Of a DNA stretch of 64,000 bases, positions 41,701 through 57,009 are shown piece after piece. A program made the translations under genes and the position numbers. The notes under the pieces are model-generated. The model did no database searches, was not told the DNA's origin, and was given only the letters and a program-made list of their open reading frames with translations. Source of the stretch: Auanema rhodensis (taxonomy: Eukaryota > Animalia > Nematoda); assembly GCA_964057225.1 (NCBI GenBank), contig OZ059898.1, positions 20,336,001 to 20,400,000 on the forward strand, written 5' to 3'. How positions within the stretch are numbered: position 1 is the stretch's first letter; each line of letters starts with the position of its first letter.

Positions 41701-44700
41701 TACATACCAAGTGCACATCACGTGTACATTTAATTAGCATAAGTTAAAGTTCACGTAAAATTCAAAGTCATGGTTACCATGCACCAATATCAATAAAAAT
41801 TTGTTTTTAGACTAATATGGACATGGGGAATCTAATTTTGAAAACCGCATCTCTTTATCTTTCACGTGAAGCGAGTTACATACCAAGTGCACATCACGTG
41901 TACATTTAATTAGCATAAATTAAAGTTCACTTAAATTTCAAAGTCATGGTTACCATGCACCAATATCAATAAAAATTTGTTTTTAGACTAATATGGACAT
42001 GGGGAATCTAATTTTGAAAACCGCATCTCTTTATCTTTCACGTGAAGCGAGTTACATACCAAGTGCACATCACGTGTACATTTAATTAGCATAAATTAAA
42101 GTTCACTTAAATTTGAAAGTCATGGTTACCATGCACCAATATCAATAAAATTTTGTTTTTAGACTAATATGGACATGGGGAATCTAATTTTGAAAACCGC
42201 ATCTCTTTATCTTTCACGTGAAGCGAGTTACATACCAAGTGCACATCACGTGTACATTTAATTAGCATAAATTAAAGTTCACGTAAATTTCAAACTCATG
42301 GTTACCATGCACCAATATCAATGAAAATTTGTTTTTAGACTAATATGGACATGGGGAATCTAATTTTGAAAACCGCATCTCTTTATCTTTCACGTGAAGC
42401 GAGTTACATACCAAGTGCACATCACGTGTACATTTAATTAGCATAAATCAAAGTTCACGTAAATTTCAAAGTCATGGTTACCATGCACCAATATCAATAA
42501 AATTTTGTTTTTGGACTAATATGGACATGGGGAATCTAATTTTGAAAACCGCATCTCTTTATTTTTCACGTGAAGCGAGTTACATACCAAGTGCACATCA
42601 CGTGTACATTTAATTAGCATAAATTAAAGTTCACGTAAATTTCAAACTCATGGTTACCATGCACCAATATCAATAAAAATTTGTTTTTAGACTAATATGT
42701 ACATGGAGAATCTAATTTTGAAAACCGCATCTCTTTATCTTTCACGTGAAGCGAGTTACATACCAAGTGCACATCACGTGTACATTTAATTAGCATAAAT
42801 TAAAGTTCACGTAAATTTCAAAGTCATGGTTACCATGCACCAATATCAATAAAATTTTGTTTTTAGACTAATATGGACATGGGGAATCTAATTTTGAAAA
42901 CCGCATCTCTTTATCTTTCACGTGAAGCGAGTTACATACCAAGTGCACATCACGTGTACATTTAATTAGCATAAATTAAAGTTCACGTAAATTTCAAACT
43001 CATGGTTACCATGCACCAATATCAATAAAAATTTGTTTTTAGACTAATATGGACATGGAGAATCTAATTTTGAAAACCGCATCTCTTTATCTTTCACGTG
43101 AAGCGAGTTACATACCAAGTGCACATCACGTGTACATTTAATTAGCATAAATTAAAGTTCACGTAAATTTCAAACTCATGGTTACCATGCACCAATATCA
43201 ATAAAAATTTGTTTTTAGAGTAATATGGACATGGAGAATCTATTTTTAAAAACCGCATCTCTTTATCTTTCACGTGAAGCGAGTTACATACCAAGTGCAC
43301 ATCACGTGTACATTTAATTAGCATAAATTAAAGTTCACGTAAATTTCAAACTCATGGTTACCATGCACCAATATCAATAAAATTTTGTTTTTAGACTAAT
43401 ATGTACATGGAGAATCTAATTTTAAAAACCGCATCTCTTTATCTTTCACGTGAAGCGAGTTACATACCAAGTGCACATCACGTGTACATTTAATTAGCAT
43501 AAATTAAAGTTCACGTAAATTTCAAAGTCATGGTTACCATGCACCAATATCAATAAAATTTTGTTTTTAGACTAATATGGACATGGGGAATCTAATTTTG
43601 AAAACCGCATCTCTTTATCTTTCACGTGAAGCGAGTTACATACCAAGTGCACATCACGTGTACATTTAATTAGCATAAATTAAAGTTCACGTAAATTTCA
43701 AACTCATGGTTACCATGCACCAATATCAATAAAAATTTGTTTTTAGACTAATATGGACATGGAGAATCTAATTTTGAAAACCGCATCTCTTTATCTTTCA
43801 CGTGAAACGAGTTACATACCAAGTGCACATCACGTGTACATTTAATTAGCATAAATTAAAGTTCACGTAAATTTCAAACTCATGGTTACCATGCACCAAT
43901 ATCAATAAAAATTTGTTTTTAGAGTAATATGGACATGGAGAATCTATTTTTAAAAACCGCATCTCTTTATCTTTCACGTGAAGCGAGTTACATACCAAGT
44001 GCACATCACGTGTACATTTAATTAGCATAAATTAAAGTTCACGTAAATTTCAAACTCATGGTTACCATGCACCAATATCAATAAAATTTTGTTTTTAGAG
44101 TAATATGGACATGGAGAATCTATTTTTAAAAACCGCATCTCTTTATCTTTCACGTGAAGCGAGTTACATACCAAGTGCACATCACGTGTACATTTAATTA
44201 GCATAAATTAAAGTTCACGTAAATTTCAAACTCATGGTTACCATGCACCAATATCAATAAAATTTTGTTTTTAGACTAATATGTACATGGAGAATCTAAT
44301 TTTAAAAACCGCATCTCTTTATCTTTCACGTGAAGCGAGTTACATACCAAGTGCACATCACGTGTACATTTAATTAGCATAAATTAAAGTTCACGTAAAT
44401 TTCAAAGTCATGGTTACCATGCACCAATATCAATAAAATTTTGTTTTTAGACTAATATGGACATGGGGAATCTAATTTTGAAAACCGCATCTCTTTATCT
44501 TTCACGTGAAGCGAGTTACATACCAAGTGCACATCACGTGTACATTTAATTAGCATAAATTAAAGTTCACTTAAATTTGAAAGTCATGGTTACCATGCAC
44601 CAATATCAATAAAATTTTGTTTTTAGACTAATATGGACATGGGGAATCTAATTTTGAAAACCGCATCTCTTTATCTTTCACGTGAAGCGAGTTACATACC

Positions 44701-47700
44701 AAGTGCACATCCCGTGTACATTTAATTAGCATAAATTAAAGTTCACGTAAATTTCAAACTCATGGTTACCATGCACCAATATCAATAAAAATTTGTTTTT
44801 AGACTAATATGGACATGGGGAATCTATATTTGAAAAACGCATCTCTTTATCTTTCACGTGAAGCGAGTTACATACCAAGTGCACATCACGTGTACATTTA
44901 ATTAGCATAAATCAAAGTTCACGTAAATTTCAAAGTCATGGTTACCATGCACCAATATCAATAAAATTTTGTTTTTAGACTAATATGGACATGGGGAATC
45001 TAATTTTGAAAACCGAATCTCTTTATTTTTCACGTGAAGCGAGTTACATACCAAGTGCACATCACGTGTACATTTAATTAGCATAAATTAAAGTTCACGT
45101 AAATTTCAAACTCATGGTTACCATGCACCAATATCAATAAAAATTTGTTTTTAGACTAATATGTACATGGAGAATCTAATTTTAAAAACCGCATCTCTTT
45201 ATCTTTCACGTGAAGCGAGTTACATACCAAGTGCACATCACGTGTACATTTAATTAGCATAAATTAAAGTTCACGTAAATTTCAAAGTCATGGTTACCAT
45301 GCACCAATATCAATAAAATTTTGTTTTTAGACTAATATGGACATGGGGAATCTAATTTTGAAAACCGCATCTCTTTATCTTTCACGTGAAGCGAGTTACA
45401 TACCAAGTGCACATCACGTGTACATTTAATTAGCATAAATTAAAGTTCACGTAAATTTCAAACTCATGGTTACCATGCACCAATATCAATAAAAATTTGT
45501 TTTTAGACTAATATGGACATGGAGAATCTAATTTTGAAAACCGCATCTCTTAATCTTTCACGTGAAGCGAGTTACATACCAAGTGCACATCACGTGTACA
45601 TTTAATTAGCATAAATTAAAGTTCACGTAAATTTCAAACTCATGGTTACCATGCACCAATATCAATAAAAATTTGTTTTTAGAGTAATATGGACATGGAG
45701 AATCTATTTTTAAAAACCGCATCTCTTTATCTTTCACGTGAAGCGAGTTACATACCAAGTGCACATCACGTGTACATTTAATTAGCATAAATTAAAATTC
45801 ACGTAAATTTCAAACTCATGGTTACCATGCACCAATATCAATAAAATTTTGTTTTTAGACTAATATGGACATGGGGAATCTAATTTTGAAAACCGCATCT
45901 CTTTATCTTTCACGTGAAGCGAGTTACATACCAAGTGCACATCCCGTGTACATTTAATTAGCATAAATTAAAGTTCACGTAAATTTCAAACTCATGGTTA
46001 CCATGCACCAATATCAATAAAAATTTGTTTTTAGACTAATATGGACATGGGGAATCTATATTTGAAAAACGCATCTCTTTATCTTTCACGTGAAGCGAGT
46101 TACATACCAAGTGCACATCACGTGTACATTTAATTAGCATAAATCAAAGTTCACGTAAATTTCAAAGTCATGGTTACCATGCACCAATATCAATAAAATT
46201 TTGTTTTTAGACTAATATGGACATGGGGAATCTAATTATGAAAACCGCATCTCTTTATCTTTCACGTGAAGCGAGTTACATACCAAGTGCACATCACGTG
46301 TACATTTAATTAGCATAAATTAAAGTTCACGTAAATTTCAAAGTCATGGTTACCATGCACCAATATCAATAAAATTTTGTTTTTAGACTAATATGGACAT
46401 GGGGAATCTAATTTTGAAAACCGCATCTCTTTATTTTTCACGTGAAGCGAGTTACATACCAAGTGCACATCACGTGTACATTTAATTAGCATAAATTAAA
46501 GTTCACGTAAATTTCAAACTCATGGTTACCATGCACCAATATCAATAAAAATTTGTTTTTAGACTAATATGGACATGGAGAATCTAATTTTGAAAACCGC
46601 ATCTCTTTATCTTTCACGTGAAGCGAGTTACATACCAAGTGCACATCACGTGTACATTTAATTAGCATAAATTAAAGTTCACGTAAATTTCAAAGTCATG
46701 GTTACCATGCACCAATATCAATAAAATTTTGTTTTTAGACTAATATGGACATGGGGAATCTAATTTTGAAAACCGCATCTCTTTATCTTTCACGTGAAGC
46801 GAGTTACATACCAAGTGCACATCACGTGTACATTTAATTAGCATAAATCAAAGTTCACGTAAATTTCAAAGTCATGGTTACCATGCACCAATATCAATAA
46901 AATTTTGTTTTTAGACTAATATGGACATGGGGAATCTAATTATGAAAACCGCATCTCTTTATCTTTCACGTGAAGCGAGTTACATACCAAGTGCACATCA
47001 CGTGTACATTTAATTAGCATAAATTAAAGTTCACGTAAATTTCAAAGTCATGGTTACCATGCACCAATATCAATAAAATTTTGTTTTTAGACTAATATGG
47101 ACATGGGGAATCTAATTTTGAAAACCGCATCTCTTTATTTTTCACGTGAAGCGAGTTACATACCAAGTGCACATCACGTGTACATTTAATTAGCATAAAT
47201 TAAAGTTCACGTAAATTTCAAACTCATGGTTACCATGCACCAATATCAATAAAAATTTGTTTTTAGACTAATATGGACATGGAGAATCTAATTTTGAAAA
47301 CCGCATCTCTTTATCTTTCACGTGAAGCGAGTTACATACCAAGTGCACATCACGTGTACATTTAATTAGCATAAATTAAAGTTCACGTAAATTTCAAAGT
47401 CATGGTTACCATGCACCAATATCAATAAAATTTTGTTTTTAGACTAATATGGACATGGGGAATCTAATTTTGAAAACCGCATCTCTTTATCTTTCACGTG
47501 AAGCGAGTTACATACCAAGTGCACATCACGTGTACATTTAATTAGCATAAATTAAAGTTCACGTAAATTTCAAACTCATGGTTACCATGCACCAATATCA
47601 ATAAAAATTTGTTTTTAGACTAATATGGACATGGAGAATCTAATTTTGAAAACCGCATCTCTTTATCTTTCACGTGAAGCGAGTTACATACCAAGTGCAC

Positions 47701-49621
47701 ATCACGTGTACATTTAATTAGCATAAATTAAAGTTCACGTAAATTTCAAACTCATGGTTACCATGCACCAATATCAATAAAAATTTGTTTTTAGAGTAAT
47801 ATGGACATGGAGAATCTATTTTTAAAAACCGCATCTCTTTATCTTTCACGTGAAGCGAGTTACATACCAAGTGCACATCACGTGTACATTTAATTAGCAT
47901 AAATTAAAGTTCACGTAAATTTCAAACTCATGGTTACCATGCACCAATATCAATAAAATTTTGTTTTTAGACTAATATGGACATGGGGAATCTAATTTTG
48001 AAAACCGCATCTCTTTATCTTTCACGTGAAGCGAGTTACATACCAAGTGCACATCCCGTGTACATTTAATTAGCATAAATTAAAGTTCACGTAAATTTCA
48101 AACTCATGGTTACCATGCACCAATATCAATAAAAATTTGTTTTTAGACTAATATGGACATGGGGAATCTATATTTGAAAAACGCATCTCTTTATCTTTCA
48201 CGTGAAGCGAGTTACATACCAAGTGCACATCACGTGTACATTTAATTAGCATAAATCAAAGTTCACGTAAATTTCAAAGTCATGGTTACCATGCACCAAT
48301 ATCAATAAAATTTTGTTTTTAGACTAATATGGACATGGGGAATCTAATTATGAAAACCGCATCTCTTTATCTTTCACGTGAAGCGAGTTACATACCAAGT
48401 GCACATCACGTGTACATTTAATTAGCATAAATTAAAGTTCACGTAAATTTCAAAGTCATGGTTACCATGCACCAATATCAATAAAATTTTGTTTTTAGAC
48501 TAATATGGACATGGGGAATCTAATTTTGAAAACCGCATCTCTTTATTTTTCACGTGAAGCGAGTTACATACCAAGTGCACATCACGTGTACATTTAATTA
48601 GCATAAATTAAAGTTCACGTAAATTTCAAACTCATGGTTACCATGCACCAATATCAATAAAAATTTGTTTTTAGACTAATATGTACATGGAGAATCTAAT
48701 TTTAAAAACCGCATCTCTTTATTTTTCACGTGAAGCGAGTTACATACCAAGTGCACATCACGTGTACATTTAATTAGCATAAATTAAAGTTCACGTAAAT
48801 TTCAAACTCATGGTTACCATGCACCAATATCAATAAAAATTTGTTTTTAGACTAATATGTACATGGAGAATCTAATTTTAAAAACCGCATCTCTTTATCT
48901 TTCACGTGAAGCGAGTTACATACCAAGTGCACATCACGTGTACATTTAATTAGCATAAATTAAAGTTCACGTAAATTTCAAACTCATGGTTACCATGCAC
49001 CAATATCAATAAAAATTTGTTTTTAGACTAATATGGACATGGAGAATCTAATTTTGAAAACCGCATCTCTTTATCTTTCACGTGAAGCGAGTTACATACC
49101 AAGTGCACATCACGTGTACATTTAATTAGCATAAATTAAAGTTCACGTAAATTTCAAACTCATGGTTACCATGCACCAATATCAATAAAAATTTGTTTTT
49201 AGACTAATATGGACATGGAGAATCTATTTTTAAAAACCGCATCTCTTTATCTTTCACGTGAAGCGAGTTACATACCAAGTGCACATCACGTGTACATTTA
49301 ATTAGCATAAATTAAAGTTCACGTAAATTTCAAAGTCATGGTTACCATGCACCAATATCAATAATATTTTGTTTTTAGACTAATATGGACATTAGGAATC
49401 TAATTTTGAAAACCGCATCTCTTTATCTTTCACGTGAAGCGAGTTACATACCAAGTGCACATCACGTGTACTTTTAATTAGCATAAATTAAAGTTCACGT
49501 AAATTTCAAACTCATGGTTACCATGCACCAATATCAATAAAAATTTGTTTTTAGACTAATATGGACATGGAGAATCTAATTTTGAAAACCGCATCTCTTT
49601 ATCTTTCACGTGAAGCGAGTT
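23753..49621. repeat. Satellite subfamily domain C
   Basis: C81 predominates. Characteristic variants are CATCCCGTG, CTATATTTGAAAAACGC, ATAAATCAAAG, GTTCACTTAAATTTGAAAG, TAGAGTAAT, AATATGTAC, AATACAATT and CTAATTATGA. Short A-like excursions occur near 27.8 kb and 31.1 kb. Confidence 0.8.
26041..31670. repeat. 13-monomer block duplicated at 3343-bp (19-monomer) offset: 26041-28327 and 29384-31670
   Basis: CATCCCGTG monomers start at 26041 and 29384, ACATTAGG lies at 27572 and 30915, and TCGTATCTTCC deletion monomers start at 27801 and 31144. CCAAATG and TTGTTCTTAG are shared in the same order. Confidence 0.85.
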
Positions 49622-52600
49622 ACATACCAAGTGCACATCACGTGTACTTTTAATTAGCATAAATTAAAGTTCACGTAAATTTCAAACTCATGGTTACCAT
49701 GCACCAATATCAATAAAAATTTGTTTTTAGACTAATATGGACATGGGGAATCTAATTTTGAAAACCGCATCTCTTATCTTCCACGTGAAGCGAGTTACAT
49801 ACCAAGTGCACATCACGTGTACATTTAATTAGCATAAATTAAAGTTCACGTAATTTTCAAAGTCATGGTTACCATGAACCAATATCAATGAATATTTGTT
49901 TTTAGACTAATATGGACATGGGGAATCTAATTTTGAAAACCGCATCTATTTATCTTTCACGCGAAGCGAGTTACATACCAAGTGCACATCACGTGTACAT
50001 TTAATTAGCATAAAGTAAAGTTCACGTAAATTTCAAACTCATGGTTACCATGCACCAATATCAATAAAAATTTGTTTTTAGACTAATATGGACATGGAGA
50101 ATCTAATTTTGAAAACCGCATCTCTTTATCTTTCACGTGAAGCGAGTTACATACCAAGTGCACATCACGTGTACATTTAATTAGCATAAATTAAAGTTCA
50201 CGTAAATTTCAAACTCATGGTTACCATGCACCAATATCAATAAAAATTTGTTTTTAGACTAATATGGACATGGGGAATCTAATTTTGAAAACCGCATCTC
50301 TTTATCTTCCACGTGAAGCGAGTTACATACCAAGTGCACATCAAGTGTACATTTAATTAGCATAAATTAAAGTTCACGTAATTTTCAAAGTCATGGTTAC
50401 CATGAACCAATATCAATGAATATTTGTTTTTAGACTAATATGGACATGGAGAATCTAATTTTGAAAACCGCATCTATTTATCTTTCACGTGAAGCGAGTT
50501 ACATACCAAGTGCACATCACGTGTACATTTAATTAGCATAAAGTAAAGTTCACGTAAATTTCAAAGTCATGGTTACCATGCACCAATATCAATAAAAATT
50601 TGTTTATAGACTAATATGGACATGGAGAATCTAATTTTGAAAACCGCATCTCTTTATCTTTCACGTGAAGCGAGTTACATACCAAGTGCACATCACGTGT
50701 ACATTTAATTAGCATAAATTAAAGTTCACGTAAATTTCAAACTCATGGTTACCATGCACCATTATCAATAAAAATTTGTTTTTAGACTAATATGGACATG
50801 GAGAATCTATTTTTAAAAACCGCATCTCTTTATCTTTCACGTGAAGCGAGTTACATACCAAGTGCACATCACGTGTACATTTAATTAGCATAAATTAAAG
50901 TTCACGTAAATTTCAAACTCATGGTTACCATGCACCAATATCAATAAAAATTTGTTTTTAGACTAATATGGACATGGGGAATCTAATTTTGAAAACCGCA
51001 TCTCTTATCTTCCACGTGAAGCGAGTTACATACCAAGTGCACATCACGTGTACATTTAATTAGCATAAATTAAAGTTCACGTAATTTTCAAAGTCATGGT
51101 TACCATGAACCAATATCAATGAATATTTGTTTTTAGACTAATATGGACATGGGGAATCTAATTTTGAAAACCGCATCTATTTATCTTTTACGCGAAGCGA
51201 GTTACATACCAAGTGCACATCACGTGTACATTTAATTAGCATAAAGTAAAGTTCACGTAAATTTCAAACTCATGGTTACCATGCACCAATATCAATAAAA
51301 ATTTGTTTTTAGACTAATATGGACATGGGGAATCTAATTTTGAAAAACGCATCTCTTTATCTTTCACGTGAAGCGAGTTACATACCAAGTGCACATCACG
51401 TGTACATTTAATTAGCATAAATTAAAGTTCAAGTAATTTTCAAAGTCATGGTTACCATGAACCAATATCAATGAATATTTGTTTTTAGACTAATATGGAC
51501 ATGGGGAATCTAATTTTGAAAACCGCATCTATTTATCTTTCACGCGAAGCGAGTTACATACCAAGTGCACATCACGTGTACATTTAATTAGCATAAAGTA
51601 AAGTTCACGTAAATTTCAAACTCATGGTTACCATGCACCAATATCAATAAAAATTTGTTTTTAGACTAATATGGACATGGGGAATCTAATTTTGAAAACC
51701 GCATCTCTTTATCTTCCACGTGAAGCGAGTTACATACCAAGTGCACATCAAGTGTACATTTAATTAGCATAAATTAAAGTTCAAGTAATTTTCAAAGTCA
51801 TGGTTACCATGAACCAATATCAATGAATATTTGTTTTTAGACTAATATGGACATGGGGAATCTAATTTTGAAAACCGCATCTATTTATCTTTCACGCGAA
51901 GCGAGTTACATACCAAGTGCACATCACGTGTACATTTAATTAGCATAAAGTAAAGTTCACGTAAATTTCAAACTCATGGTTACCATGCACCAATATCAAT
52001 AAAAATTTGTTTTTAGACTAATATGGACATGGGGAATCTAATTGTGAAAAACGCATCTCTTTATCTTTCACGTGAAGCGAGTTACATACCAAGTGCACAT
52101 CACGTGTACATTTAATTAGCATAAATTAAAGTTCACGTAAATTTCAAAGTCATGGTTACCATGCACCAATATCAATAAAATTTTGTTTTTAGACTAATAT
52201 GGACATGGGGAATCTAATTTTGAAAACCGCATCTCTTTATCTTTCACGTGAAGCGAGTTACAAACCAAGTGCACATCACGTGTACATTTAATTAGCATAA
52301 ATTAAAGTTCACGTAATTTTCAAAGTCATGGTTACCATGAACCAATATCAATGAATATTTGTTTTTAGACTAATATGGACATGGAGAATCTAATTTTGAA
52401 AACCGCATCTCTTTATCTTTCACGTGAAGCGAGTTACATACCAAGTGCACATCACGTGTACATTTAATTAGCATAAAGTAAAGTTCACGTAAATTTCAAA
52501 GTCATGGTTACCATGCACCAATATCAATAAAATTTTGTTTTTAGACTAATATGGACATGGGGAATCTAATTTTGAAAACCGCATCTCTTTATCTTTCACG

Positions 52601-55600
52601 TGAAGCGAGTTACATACCAAGTGCACATCACGTGTACATTTAATTAGCATAAATTAAAGTTCACGTAAATTTCAAACTCATGGTTACCATGCACCAATAT
52701 CAATAAAAATTTGTTTTTAGACTAATATGGACATGGAGAATCTAATTTTAAAAACCGCATCTCTTTATCTTTCACGTGAAGCGAGTTACATACCAAGTGC
52801 ACATCACGTGTACATTTAATTAGCATAAAGTAAAGTTCACGTAAATTTCAAACTCATGGTTACCATGCACCAATATCAATAAAAATTTGTTTTTAGACTA
52901 ATATGGACATGGGGAATCTAATTGTGAAAAACGCATCTCTTTATCTTTCACGTGAAGCGAGTTACATACCAAGTGCACATCACGTGTACATTTAATTAGC
53001 ATAAATTAAAGTTCACGTAAATTTCAAAGTCATGGTTACCATGCACCAATATCAATAAAATTTTGTTTTTAGACTAATATGGACATGGGGAATCTAATTT
53101 TGAAAACCGCATCTCTTTATCTTTCACGTGAAGCGAGTTACAAACCAAGTGCACATCACGTGTACATTTAATTAGCATAAATTAAAGTTCACGTAATTTT
53201 CAAAGTCATGGTTACCATGAACCAATATCAATGAATATTTGTTTTTAGACTAATATGGACATGGAGAATCTAATTTTGAAAACCGCATCTCTTTATCTTT
53301 CACGTGAAGCGAGTTACATACCAAGTGCACATCACGTGTACATTTAATTAGCATAAAGTAAAGTTCACGTAAATTTCAAAGTCATGGTTACCATGCACCA
53401 ATATCAATAAAATTTTGTTTTTAGACTAATATGGACATGGGGAATCTAATTTTGAAAACCGCATCTCTTTATCTTTCACGTGAAGCGAGTTACATACCAA
53501 GTGCACATCACGTGTACATTTAATTAGCATAAATTAAAGTTCACGTAAATTTCAAACTCATGGTTACCATGCACCAATATCAATAAAAATTTGTTTTTAG
53601 ACTAATATGGACATGGAGAATCTAATTTTAAAAACCGCATCTCTTTATCTTTCACGTGAAGCGAGTTACATACCAAGTGCACATCACGTGTACATTTAAT
53701 TAGCATAAATTAAAGTTCACGTAAATTTCAAAGTCATGGTTACCATGCACCAATATCAATAAAATTTTGTTTTTAGACTAATATGGACATGGGGAATCTA
53801 ATTTTGAAAACCGCATCTCTTTATCTTTCACGTGAAGCGAGTTACATACCAAGTGCACATCACGTGTACATTTAATTAGCATAAATTAAAGTTCACGTAA
53901 ATTTCAAACTCATGGTTACCATGCACCAATATCAATAAAAATTTGTTTTTAGACTAATATGGACATGGAGAATTTAATTTTGAAAACCGCATCTCTTTAT
54001 CTTTCACGTGAAGCGAGTTACATACCAAGTGCACATCACGTGTACATTTAATTAGCATAAATTAAAGTTCACGTAAATTTCAAACTCATGGTTACCATGC
54101 ACCATTATCAATAAAAATTTGTTTTTAGACTAATATGGACATGGAGAATCTATTTTTAAAAACCGCATCTCTCTATCTTTCACGTGAAGCGAGTTACATA
54201 CCAAGTGCACATCACGTGTACATTTAATTAGCATAAATTAAAGTTCACGTAAATTTCAAACTCATGGTTACCATGCACCAATATCAATAAAAATTTGTTT
54301 TTAGACTAATATGGACATGGGGAATCTAATTTTGAAAACCGCATCTCTTATCTTCCACGTGAAGCGAGTTACATACCAAGTGCACATCACGTGTACATTT
54401 AATTAGCATAAATTAAAGTTCACGTAATTTTCAAAGTCATGGTTACCATGAACCAATATCAATGAATATTTGTTTTTAGACTAATATGGACATGGGGAAT
54501 CTAATTTTGAAAACCGCATCTATTTATCTTTTACGCGAAGCGAGTTACATACCAAGTGCACATCACGTGTACATTTAATTAGCATAAAGTAAAGTTCACG
54601 TAAATTTCAAACTCATGGTTACCATGCACCAATATCAATAAAAATTTGTTTTTAGACTAATATGGACATGGGGAATCTAATTTTGAAAAACGCATCTCTT
54701 TATCTTTCACGTGAAGCGAGTTACATACCAAGTGCACATCACGTGTACATTTAATTAGCATAAATTAAAGTTCACGTAAATTTCAAAGTCATGGTTACCA
54801 TGCACCAATATCAATAAAATTTTGTTTTTAGACTAATATGGTCATGGGGAATCTAATTTTGAAAACCGCATCTCTTTATCTTTCACGTGAAGCGAGTTAC
54901 ATACCAAGTGCACATCACGTGTACATTTAATTAGCATAAATTAAAGTTCACGTAAATTTCAAACTCATGGTTACCATGCACCAATATCAATAAAATTTTG
55001 TTTTTAGACTAATATGGACATGGGGAATCTAATTTTGAAAACCGCATCTCTTTATCTTTCACATGAAGCGAGTCACATACCAAATGCACATCACGTGTAC
55101 ATTTAATTAGCATAAATTAAAGTTCACGTAAATTTCAAAGTCATGGTTACCATGCACCAATATCAATAAAAATTTGTTTTTAGACTAATATGGACATGGA
55201 GAATCCATTTTTAAAAACCGCATCTCTTTATCTTCCACGTGAAGCGAGTTACATACCAAGTGCACATCACGTGTACATTTAATTAGCATAAATTAAAGTT
55301 CACGTAAATTTCAAACTCATGGTTACCATGCACCAATATCAATAAAAATTTGTTTTCAAACTAATATGGACATGGGGATTCTAATTTTGAAAACCGCATC
55401 TCTTTATCTTTCACGTGAAGCGAGTTACATACCAAGTGCACATCACGTGTACATTTAATTAGCATAAATTAAAGTTCACGTAAAATTCAAAGTCATGGTT
55501 ACCATGCACCAATATCAATAAAATTTTGTTTTTAGACTAATATGGACATGGGGAATCTAATTTTGAAAACCGCATCTTTTTATCTTTCACGTGAAGCGAG

Positions 55601-57009
55601 TTACATACCAAGTGCACATCACGTGTACATTTAATTAGCATAAATTAAAGTTCACGTAAATTTCAAAGTCATGGTTACCATGCACCAATATCAATAAAAT
55701 TTTGTTTTTAGACTAATATGGACATGGGGAATCTAATTTTGAAAACTGCATCTCTTTATCTTTCACGTGAAGCGAGTTACATACCAAGTGCACATCACGT
55801 GTACATTTAATTAGCATAAATTAAAGTTCACGTAAATTTCAAACTCATGGTTACCATGCACCAATATCAATAAAAATTTGTTTTTAGACTAATATGGACA
55901 TGGAGAATCTAATTTTGAAAACCGCATCTTTTTATCTTTCACGTGAAGCGAGTTACATACCAAGTGCACATCACGTGTACATTTAATTAGCATAAATTAA
56001 AGTTCACGTAAATTTCAAACTCATGGTTACCATGCACCAATATCAATAAAAATTTGTTTTTAGACTAATATGGACATGGAGAATCTATTTTTAAAAACCG
56101 CATCTCTTTATCTTTCACGTGAAGCGAGTTACATACCAAGTGCACATCACGTGTACATTTAATTAGCATAAATTAAAGTTCACGTAAATTTCAAACTCAT
56201 GGTTACCATGCACCAATATCAATAAAAATTTGTTTTTAGACTAATATGGACATGAGGAATCTAATTTTGAAAACCGCATCTCTTATCTTCCACGTGAAGC
56301 GAGTTACATACCAAGTGCACATCACGTGTACATTTAATTAGCATAAATTAAAGTTCACGTAATTTTCAAAGTCATGGTTACCATGAACCAATATCAATGA
56401 ATATTTGTTTTTAGACTAATATGGACATGGGGAATCTAATTTTGAAAACCGCATCTATTTATCTTTCACGCGAAGCGAGTTACATACCAAGTGCACATCA
56501 CGTGTACATTTAATTAGCATAAAGTAAAGTTCACGTAAATTTCAAACTCATGGTTACCATGCACCAATATCAATAAAAATTTGTTTTTAGACTAATATGG
56601 ACATGGGGAATCTAATTTTGAAAAACGCATCTCTTTATCTTTCACGTGAAGCGAGTTACATACCAAGTGCACATCACGTGTACATTTAATTAGCATAAAT
56701 TAAAGTTCACGTAAATTTCAAAGTCAAGGTTACCATGCACCAATATCAATAAAATTTTGTTTTTAGACTAATATGGACATGGGGAATCTAAATTTGAAAA
56801 CCGCATCTCTTTATCTTTCACGTGAAGCGAGTTACATACCAAGTGCACATCACGTGTACATTTAATTAGCATAAATTAAAGTTCACGTAAATTTCAAACT
56901 CATGGTTACCATGCACCAATATCAATAAAATTTTGTTTTTAGACTAATATGGACATGGGGAATCTAATTTTGAAAACCGCATCTCTTTATCTTTCACGTG
57001 AAGCGAGTT
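49622..57009. repeat. Satellite subfamily domain A (second copy)
   Basis: The 175-bp deletion monomers return (49622, 50853, 54196, 56131), followed by AATGAATAT monomers. AAAGTAAAG, GGTCATGGGG, CCATTTTTAA and TTTTCAAA+GGGGATT variants appear in the same order as at 7.5-9.5 kb. Confidence 0.8.
51908..53667. repeat. Apparently perfect tandem duplication of a 5-monomer (880-bp) unit
   Basis: Private markers ATTGTGAAAA (52044/52924) and ACAAACCAAG (52263/53143) are both 880 bp apart. Confidence 0.9.

Noticed and set aside
25193-47900. Nine 60-aa minus-strand ORFs (MLIKCTRDVH...)
   Set aside because: Each is one satellite monomer in which C111G (AGACTAAT to AGAGTAAT) turns a minus-strand TAG into TAC. 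All other monomers have the stop, 176 is not a multiple of 3, and I recognise no domain or gene context. They are just a domain C marker.
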